A DNA stretch of 64,000 nt from Limnohabitans sp. (GTDB taxonomy: Bacteria; Pseudomonadota; Gammaproteobacteria; Burkholderiales; Burkholderiaceae_C): NCBI GenBank assembly GCA_030158125.1, contig JAOATL010000001.1, positions 206 to 64,205 of the forward strand, read 5' to 3'. Shown one piece after another: positions 56,248-64,000 of this stretch (its first letter is position 1; each line of letters starts with the position of its first letter). The notes beneath the pieces are model-generated. The model did no database searches. It saw only the letters and a list, made by a program, of their open reading frames with translations, and was not told where the DNA came from. Both the position numbers and the translations under genes were made by a program.

Positions 56248-56562
56248 TTAAGTGCCGAGGTCTAAGAAGACACGGCCGTTTTCGATCTTGACAGGCCAGG
56301 ATTTGACTGGCTCGGTCGCCGGTCCACATTGAACTGTGCCATCTCTTACATCAAACATGGCTTGATGAAATGGACACTCCACGTGATTGCCTTCCACAAA
56401 ACCATCACAAAGTTTGGCGTTGCCATGGCTGCAGTCGTTGTTGATGGCAAATACGCCCTCGTCTATCTTGAAAATAGCGATGTCGTGATTCTGAGGCGTG
56501 ACAGCAATGCCCGCGCCTTCAAACAAGTCGGCCTCTGCGGCCACGTCAAACCAGTTGCTCAT
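56248..56562 (-). CDS. nagAb: Rieske ferredoxin of aromatic ring-hydroxylating oxygenase
   Basis: CSHG..LCDG, ECPFHQ..FD. Confidence 0.88.
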   Translation of the reverse strand: MSNWFDVAAEADLFEGAGIAVTPQNHDIAIFKIDEGVFAINNDCSHGNAKLCDGFVEGNHVECPFHQAMFDVRDGTVQCGPATEPVKSWPVKIENGRVFLDLGT

Positions 56563-56564
56563 AT

Positions 56565-57041
56565 TTAAATGGGATAAATGACAGAATTGGGAATCATCTC
56601 GCTGTCGTATACGCACAAACGTTCAGCAAACTTGAAGCCATCGGGGGTAGACACAATGATGTCAAGGTAACGCCCCACGTTGTACACGGTGCTTTCTTTG
56701 TCTAGCTTGGTGCGAAACACGGCGTAGTTGGCCTCACTGTAGATTCGGCCCTCTTCAACTTTGCGAACGATGGGTGCGCCCACTACGTGCCGTTGATAGT
56801 AGGGATCGTGAAAGATGGTTTCACTGATGCCATACACACGGTCTTTCAGCATGCCCTTGCTGGTCAAAGACAAGGTTGCCAATGGAAATCCTCGTTCGTG
56901 GTTTTCACGTGGCTGTAGTTTGTAGACGCATTGTTCGGTGAAGAACTCTGGCCACAGCGCCCACTGACCGCTGTCAACGGCACTGGCGTAATCGGCATAA
57001 AGTTGCTGGATGCCAAACCATGTTTGCATGTCAACCATCAT
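56565..57041 (-). CDS. nagH: Salicylate 5-hydroxylase small subunit
   Basis: [39 protein letters not shown]. Confidence 0.9.
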   Translation of the reverse strand: MMVDMQTWFGIQQLYADYASAVDSGQWALWPEFFTEQCVYKLQPRENHERGFPLATLSLTSKGMLKDRVYGISETIFHDPYYQRHVVGAPIVRKVEEGRIYSEANYAVFRTKLDKESTVYNVGRYLDIIVSTPDGFKFAERLCVYDSEMIPNSVIYPI

Positions 57042-58300
57042 CAATCCTCCATCACTTTTCGCCAATAGTCATACATGCCCCGGATGAGAGTTTCGGTCAC
57101 CATGTGATCAGTTTCACCCACATCTTTCCCCCCCAATTCAGCAACAGCACGGTGGTGTTGCTTGGACTCGAAGGCTTGCTGTGAAAACTCAATCACTTCA
57201 CCATCGTCGGCTGAGACAAATCCTGCGGGACCAAATAAATTGGCTTGTCGCAGACGACGCTCAGTCATCTCTGGCGTGTCATCTTCAAAGCCAAAGTGCG
57301 TCCACACAAAATCAAAGGCACCATGACCATCGGGCTGAATATGGCGCGTCGACACACTGTTCACCTGCTGCTGAAAAATCACGCTGGGGAACAGCGTCAT
57401 CATGACGGCTGTAGGGCCACCCCACCAAGCCTCTGGCACGATGTCCAAAAAACTGGGGTCGTTGAGTTCCATGCTGGCTTTGAAACTGCTGACTTGGGTC
57501 ACATCTGCAGCGCCGCCGGTGGCCTGTCCGGCAGATCCACGCGTTGAAATCATGGCTGCATGGCGGTGTTTGTCATCCATGCGCAATTCACTTTTGTTGT
57601 CGGCACGCCATAGGCCAAAGGTCACAAACCAGGTGTGCAACAAACCCGGGTGGTAAGGGTCTTTGATGTTCTCTTGCATGAGCTTCCAGTTGCCTGGAAT
57701 ACGTTGTCGGTTGTAGCCCAAAATCTTCAGTTGACGGCCATTGAACAGGCGATCAAAGTACTTCAAAATTGTGGGCCCCATGTAATCTTCAAGCGACTCC
57801 ACTTCGTGGTCAAATGAAGCAAATACAACGCCGCCGCGAGAGGCCACCTTCAGCGCAGTGAGGCCATGGTCTTTGGGATCAAAATCTGCGGGCATGCCGC
57901 CGTTGACCTTGCCTTCTTGTCGCACGCCGCGTCTAAAAGGGACGCCTTGCAACTTTCCGTCTAAGGCATAGCTCCATTGGTGATAAGGACACACCAATTC
58001 CTTTTTGTTGCCATGACGCTCCCGGCAAAAAGCCATGCCGCGATGGGCGCACACATTTTCAACCACATGAATCTGACCGTCCTGCGCACGCGTCAAGATG
58101 ACCGATCGCTCGCCAATGACGGTGCGTTTGAAATCTCCGGGGTTGGGAATTTCAGCCTCTAGCCCCACATAACTCCAATGCGCTTTGTAGAAAAAACGCG
58201 CCAGTTCCTTTTGGTGACTGTCTTGGTTGGTATAGACCGCAAAGGGAATGCGGTGTGTTCCTGATGTTTCCCAGTGAATTGGATGTTCTTGCATGTGCAT
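57041..58300 (-). CDS. nagG: Salicylate 5-hydroxylase large subunit
   Basis: [56 protein letters not shown]; start 58300 or 58294. Confidence 0.93.
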   Translation of the reverse strand: MHMQEHPIHWETSGTHRIPFAVYTNQDSHQKELARFFYKAHWSYVGLEAEIPNPGDFKRTVIGERSVILTRAQDGQIHVVENVCAHRGMAFCRERHGNKKELVCPYHQWSYALDGKLQGVPFRRGVRQEGKVNGGMPADFDPKDHGLTALKVASRGGVVFASFDHEVESLEDYMGPTILKYFDRLFNGRQLKILGYNRQRIPGNWKLMQENIKDPYHPGLLHTWFVTFGLWRADNKSELRMDDKHRHAAMISTRGSAGQATGGAADVTQVSSFKASMELNDPSFLDIVPEAWWGGPTAVMMTLFPSVIFQQQVNSVSTRHIQPDGHGAFDFVWTHFGFEDDTPEMTERRLRQANLFGPAGFVSADDGEVIEFSQQAFESKQHHRAVAELGGKDVGETDHMVTETLIRGMYDYWRKVMED

Positions 58301-58375
58301 GTGTCTCCACAAGATTCTTGAGTTGCATCATGCCACCTGCATCCAATTAGTAAATCTTAATTTACATATAATAAT

Positions 58376-58392
58376 TATTCAAAATTCAAATA
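58376..58392. promoter_or_regulatory. Putative NagR/LysR site TATTCA-AAATT-CAAATA
   Basis: Imperfect inverted repeat with a NahR-like TATTCA arm between divergent nagG and nagR. Confidence 0.45.
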
Positions 58393-58403
58393 TTGAGAGA
58401 CGC

Positions 58404-59339
58404 ATGGAACTGGCCAAACTGGACCTGAATTTATTGCTGGTATTTCATCATTTATTGATCGTCAAACGCGTTTCGACTGTGGCCAACATATTGGGCATGA
58501 GTCAACCCGCCGTGAGCAGTGCATTGGGCAGACTGCGCGCCAGCTTAGATGACGAGTTGTTCATCAGAACACAAAGCGGCATGACGCCCACACCCTACGC
58601 CCTGCAACTGGCCGAGCCTGTGGCAGTGGCGCTGGATGTGTTGCAACAAGCCTTGAACGTTCGCGGTGCGTTTGATCCCAAAACCAGCACACGCAACTTC
58701 ACCATTGCGCTGACCGATGTTGGCGAGATGTACTTCTTACCGGTGCTGGTGAATGCCTTGGCAACGGCTGCGCCAGGCGTGACCTTGCAAATTGTCAGTG
58801 TGGCACAGACGTCACTGAAAGAAGACATGTCGACGGGCAAGGTCGACCTGGCCATGGGTCTCTTACCGCAACTGCAGGCTGGCTTCTTCCAGCAATCTTT
58901 GTTCAAGCAGCAATACATCTGCTTGATGCGCAAAAAACACCCCTTGGCAACCCGGCAAACCGTCAGCGTATCCGCCCTTTTTTCGGCCGAACATGTTCGG
59001 GTCTTGGCCACAGGTACTGGGCACGGTCGTATCGACTTAGTTTTAGACAAGCAAAAACACAATCGCAACGTGCGCTTGACAGTGCCGCACTACGTGGCAT
59101 TGGGCGATGTGCTTCAGCACTCGAACCTGGTGGCCATGGTGCCAGAGCGGTTTGCCCAACGCATTGTGAAGCCTTTCGACCTGGTCATGCGAGACCTGCC
59201 CTTAAAGCTTGAAGAAAGCCCCATTCAGCAGTGTTGGCATGGTCGCCTGCATCGAGATCCTGGTCACCGATGGCTGCGTCAGTTGATGCGCAAGCTCTTT
59301 GGCGACCAGGCCACCTTGGGCGAAGAACAAGCCTTTTAA
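58404..59339 (+). CDS. nagR: LysR regulator, NahR/NagR/DntR type
   Basis: MEL..LDLNLL, SQPAVS.AL.RLR, PTPYA..LAEP, TD.GE.YF.P, GTGHG, WH...H.DP...WLR. Confidence 0.88.
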   Translation: MELAKLDLNLLLVFHHLLIVKRVSTVANILGMSQPAVSSALGRLRASLDDELFIRTQSGMTPTPYALQLAEPVAVALDVLQQALNVRGAFDPKTSTRNFTIALTDVGEMYFLPVLVNALATAAPGVTLQIVSVAQTSLKEDMSTGKVDLAMGLLPQLQAGFFQQSLFKQQYICLMRKKHPLATRQTVSVSALFSAEHVRVLATGTGHGRIDLVLDKQKHNRNVRLTVPHYVALGDVLQHSNLVAMVPERFAQRIVKPFDLVMRDLPLKLEESPIQQCWHGRLHRDPGHRWLRQLMRKLFGDQATLGEEQAF

Positions 59340-59346
59340 TTTCAGC

Positions 59347-60519
<1,173 letters not shown>

Positions 60520-60598
60520 TTAAGGTCTCCGATGATCTATGACTTGGACAATTGGCCCAATTCAATGTCTAAGATACGCCTAAAGACTTCGAACAGGA

Positions 60599-61486
60599 AT
60601 GGCTGAAACTGGCAAAAACTTGTACATTTCGAACATGGAAAAACAACTCGCCTATGTACAGAGCTACAGCTTATTTGGAGAATCTACACATTTACCCGAC
60701 GTATTGCATTGTGAAACCATCGCGGATCGATCGGTTTTGCACGACTGGGAATTGGCGCCTCACAGACATGCGCGCTTGCACCAAGTCTTGTTGGTGCAAG
60801 CTGGCGGCGGTTCAGTCACCCTAGACGGAAAAACCCATGCCTTGGTCAAGGGTTCATTGGTCAATGTGCCGCCAGCCCATGTTCATGCATTTCGATTTGA
60901 AAAAGACACGCGAGGATGGGTCACCACCTTGGCAGACGAATTATTGGATGAACTGCTGGTAGGTGTCGGCACCCTTCGTTCAGAACTAGATCAGGCTTGC
61001 GTGTTGTCTGCCGACACCTTCATCACCCAAACAGTTAAGCAAATTTGGGTGGAATTCTCGTCTCAAGAGAAAGCCCGCGCCCTGGTTCTGCGAGGGCTCA
61101 GTGGTGTGATGCTGGGTTGGGTCGCCAGACAGCTTGCCCTGCCCGCCTCGCCTGAATCAAAGGTTTCGGACTCTGTGATCGTGCAGCGCTTCAAAGAGCT
61201 GATTGAGCAACACTTCACCCAACATTGGTCTGTGGGCCAATACGCCATCGCCTTGTCAATCTCCCCAACACATTTAAGCCGACTGACCCGTGCCACCACC
61301 GGCACTAGCGCATTGCGCATGATCGAGGCCCGCTTGATGCGAGAAGCACGCCGAAATTTAGCTTATACCAACTTGAATATCGCCACCATTGCTTACACAC
61401 TGGGCTTTTCAGATCCCGCCTATTTTTCACGCGTCTTCACGCGAGATGCGGGCATTTCACCCAAAGCCTTTCGATCGCAAATCTAA
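60599..61486 (+). CDS. pobR: AraC-family regulator of pobA
   Basis: Y.LFGE...LPDVLHCETI, H.W...PHRH, AY.LGF.DPAYFSR.F; start may be 60635. Confidence 0.85.
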   Translation: MAETGKNLYISNMEKQLAYVQSYSLFGESTHLPDVLHCETIADRSVLHDWELAPHRHARLHQVLLVQAGGGSVTLDGKTHALVKGSLVNVPPAHVHAFRFEKDTRGWVTTLADELLDELLVGVGTLRSELDQACVLSADTFITQTVKQIWVEFSSQEKARALVLRGLSGVMLGWVARQLALPASPESKVSDSVIVQRFKELIEQHFTQHWSVGQYAIALSISPTHLSRLTRATTGTSALRMIEARLMREARRNLAYTNLNIATIAYTLGFSDPAYFSRVFTRDAGISPKAFRSQI

Positions 61487-61567
61487 TTTGGTAATCCAAA
61501 AGAACCCGAAGCGTGCAAAGTTCAGCTGAATGCCCCAGATAATTCGAAAAACAATCGGATTTTTCAA

Positions 61568-63154
61568 ATGCGCAATGTTCAACCGTCACAAATGGCCGCC
61601 TACCTGCTGGCTTTCACCGCCATAACAGCGCAAGCCACCCCCCTTCAGCCCGATGCCAAGGTATTTGCCGCACGCGAAAAAGACTGGCGAAATGGTGCCA
61701 TCGTGTACCAAATTCTGGTGGACCGCTTTGTACCCTCGGCCAATTTGGCCGCCAAAAAACACTTGTACCCGGCACCCAAGGTTTTGCGCGAATGGCATGA
61801 GCAACCTCTGCGCGGCGTCGAACTCGAAGACCAAAAACTCAACAGCCAAGAGTTGGAGTTTTGGGGCGGTGACATTCAAAGTGCACAGTCCCGGTTAGAC
61901 CACGTGAAGGATCTGGGGGCCACGGCCATCTATTTGAACCCCATACACCTGGCGTGGACCAATCACAAGTACGACGCCTTCGATTACAAAGCCATTTCCC
62001 CTGAATATGGCAATCGCGATGACTTCAAACGATTTGCCGCGCAAGCCCACCAACTGGGCTTGAAGGTCGTGTTAGATGGCGTGTTCAATCACATGGGTCG
62101 CAACTCCCCGCAGTTCAAAGATGCCATGGCCAATCCCCAAAGCCCTTGGCGCAATTGGTTTGTCATTGGGTCTGCCTACAAAGGTGGTGCAAGGGTTTGG
62201 ACAGGATTTCAAAATTTGCCTGAACTCAATTTAGACAACCCCGCCGTCCGAAAGTACCTCTATGAAGCGCCCGACTCGGTGGTGCGTGGTTACCTGCGCG
62301 ATGGCGCAGACGGCTGGCGCTTAGACACCGCCTACGAACTGGGGCTTCCGTACATGCGCGCGCTGACGAAAGCCGCCCATCAAGAGAAAAAAGACGCTTT
62401 GGTTGTGGGTGAAATTGTGAATTATCCCGATCAATGGCTCACCGCCATGGACGGCGTCATGAACTTTACTTTGCGGCAAATCATTCTGAGCGTAGCCCAG
62501 GGTGAAATCAATCCTGCGGTGGCCACACGCATGACAGAACGGCTGGTGCTAGACACCGGCATTGAGCCCCTGTTGAAATCTTGGAACGTGATCGATAACC
62601 ACGACATCCCCCGCATTGCCACCCAGGTGCCGGAGGCCAAACAGCGTCGCTTGGTGCAAACTTTGCAATTCACCCTGCCAGGATCGCCCAACGTGTATTA
62701 CGGCAGTGAGCTTGGCATGACGGGCGGCGGCGACCCAGAAAATCGAAACCCCATGCGTTGGGATTGGGTCAGCGCGCAACACCCAGAAATGGTCTGGATG
62801 AAAAAGCTCATCAGCTTGCACCAACACAACCGCGCATTGCGCGTCGGCAACTTTCGCCGAATTGAAACCGACCGTTTGTTTGCCTTTGAACGATACACCG
62901 ACAAAACGCTTGAGACACGTTTGGTTTTGGCAAACCCAGGAAAAACCGAGATCACAGAAAGAATCTTGGTGACCAATGCCGGCTTGATGGATGACACACC
63001 CTTGGTGGACCTCATGGGTGCAGACCCTCATCAACACGTCGCAACCATGGGGCCCGGACTCATCAGCGTCACCGTACCAGCGCAAACCGTGATGGTGTTG
63101 AAACCTGTTGAACGTGACTTAGGCGGCTACAGCCGGTACAAACGTTACCCCTGA
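61568..63154 (+). CDS. Secreted GH13 alpha-amylase-family glycoside hydrolase
   Basis: Signal peptide; YQI..DRF, HKYD..DY, DGVFNH, DGWRLD (nucleophile), GEI (acid/base), DNHD. Confidence 0.92.
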   Translation: MRNVQPSQMAAYLLAFTAITAQATPLQPDAKVFAAREKDWRNGAIVYQILVDRFVPSANLAAKKHLYPAPKVLREWHEQPLRGVELEDQKLNSQELEFWGGDIQSAQSRLDHVKDLGATAIYLNPIHLAWTNHKYDAFDYKAISPEYGNRDDFKRFAAQAHQLGLKVVLDGVFNHMGRNSPQFKDAMANPQSPWRNWFVIGSAYKGGARVWTGFQNLPELNLDNPAVRKYLYEAPDSVVRGYLRDGADGWRLDTAYELGLPYMRALTKAAHQEKKDALVVGEIVNYPDQWLTAMDGVMNFTLRQIILSVAQGEINPAVATRMTERLVLDTGIEPLLKSWNVIDNHDIPRIATQVPEAKQRRLVQTLQFTLPGSPNVYYGSELGMTGGGDPENRNPMRWDWVSAQHPEMVWMKKLISLHQHNRALRVGNFRRIETDRLFAFERYTDKTLETRLVLANPGKTEITERILVTNAGLMDDTPLVDLMGADPHQHVATMGPGLISVTVPAQTVMVLKPVERDLGGYSRYKRYP

Positions 63155-63236
63155 AATGCCGGCAGCAAGGCGGGTACGCGGGGTTAAAAATGCCAGGTGC
63201 TAAAGTTCAGGTCTGTTGAAATTCACCTCCAAAGAA

Positions 63237-63572
63237 ATGTCCCTCCCCAATTGCCCCAAATGCCAATCTGAATTCACCTATGAAGATGGTGAGAATTTTG
63301 TTTGCCCCGAATGTGCGCACGAGTGGCCGCAGCAGGCATTGACAGAGATCGAAACCGCAAAGGTGTTCAAGGACGCTTCCGGCAACATCCTGCAAGATGG
63401 CGATACAGTCACGCTGATCAAGGATCTCAAACTCAAGGGCTCCTCCGGTGTCATCAAGGTTGGTACCAAAGTTAAAAACATTCGTCTGATCGATGGCGAC
63501 CATGACATCGACTGCAAAATCGACGGCTTTGGTGCCATGCAGCTCAAAACTGAGTTTGTGCGCAAGGCCTGA
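63237..63572 (+). CDS. phnA: PhnA/YjdM zinc-ribbon protein
   Basis: [42 protein letters not shown]. Confidence 0.9.
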   Translation: MSLPNCPKCQSEFTYEDGENFVCPECAHEWPQQALTEIETAKVFKDASGNILQDGDTVTLIKDLKLKGSSGVIKVGTKVKNIRLIDGDHDIDCKIDGFGAMQLKTEFVRKA

Positions 63573-63606
63573 TCAACCTCTCTTCTTTCAATGACCAGAG
63601 TAATCC

Positions 63607-64000
63607 ATGAAAAAAATTCTACTGTCCCTTTGCATAACTCTGGCAACCCTCCTCACCGCTTGCGGTGGTGGCAATGGCGTTGCCAGTGCACCTGTTGGAC
63701 CCACGGCTCTCCAAACGACCGACACCTTGGTCGGTACAGGCGCAACAGCGGCCCCGGGAAATACATTGAGCGTGAACTACACAGGTTGGCTCTACGACGC
63801 AACCGCAGCGCAAAATCATGGCAAACAATTTGATTCATCCGTTGGCAGAACACCCTTCAGCTTCAAGCTGGGTGCCGGGCAAGTCATTGCTGGCTGGGAT
63901 CAAGGCATGGTGGGCATGAAAGTGGGCGGCAAGCGCACTTTGATCATTCCCAGCGCTTTGGGTTACGGCAGTTCTGGGGCCGGCGGTGTCATTCCGCCCA
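63607..64000 (+). CDS. FKBP-type peptidyl-prolyl isomerase lipoprotein (truncated by the window end)
   Basis: Own translation: MKKILL..LTAC lipobox, V.YTGWL, FDSS, LGAGQVI.GWDQG..GMKVGGKR.L.IP..LGYG. Confidence 0.92.
   Translation, partial: MKKILLSLCITLATLLTACGGGNGVASAPVGPTALQTTDTLVGTGATAAPGNTLSVNYTGWLYDATAAQNHGKQFDSSVGRTPFSFKLGAGQVIAGWDQGMVGMKVGGKRTLIIPSALGYGSSGAGGVIPP

Noticed and set aside
58152-58346. 64-aa ORF as a nagAa remnant
   Set aside because: No similarity to the 2Fe-2S reductase N-terminus beyond MMQL; mostly overlaps nagG out of frame.

Overview
64 kb of chromosomal DNA from a betaproteobacterium. A Comamonadaceae-like origin is inferred from the three Bug/TctC binding proteins and the nag/pob genes; Limnohabitans-like is a guess. 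It is a dense patchwork of nutrient-scavenging and catabolic modules. In order: (1) a decayed zeta-toxin-like ATPase plus small partner gene; (2) an organophosphate block (GlpQ-like phosphodiesterase, gph, an ABC importer with a PgtC-like binding protein, PhoX); (3) a complete histidine-utilisation cluster (hutFGIDC divergent from hutU-ABC-hutH) with a clear HutC operator; (4) an uncharacterised GntR/Bug/TauE/amidohydrolase unit; (5) a MacAB-like exporter under a perfect FNR-type box; (6) acr3-arsC with only a 16-codon remnant where arsR should be; (7) a Tat-signal cyanophycinase; (8) a UxaA-like dehydratase unit; (9) an HDAC-family hydrolase and NCS2 purine permease; (10) a Fur-boxed iron uptake block; (11) a radical SAM gene, a strictosidine-synthase-like gene and a P-type ATPase; (12) a biotin-carrier/CoA-transferase/carboxyltransferase operon with no biotin carboxylase; (13) salicylate 5-hydroxylase genes without a reductase, and pobA/pobR; (14) a secreted GH13, PhnA/YjdM and a partial FKBP. 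I saw no rRNA, tRNA, CRISPR array or intact transposase. The best candidates for undescribed systems are the PgtC-like ABC importer coupled to phosphoglycolate phosphatase (about 2.1-7.1 kb), the biotin operon lacking a carboxylase (51.4-56.2 kb) and the GntR-Bug-TauE-deaminase unit (20-24 kb). All family calls come from motif recognition by eye, not from database searches.
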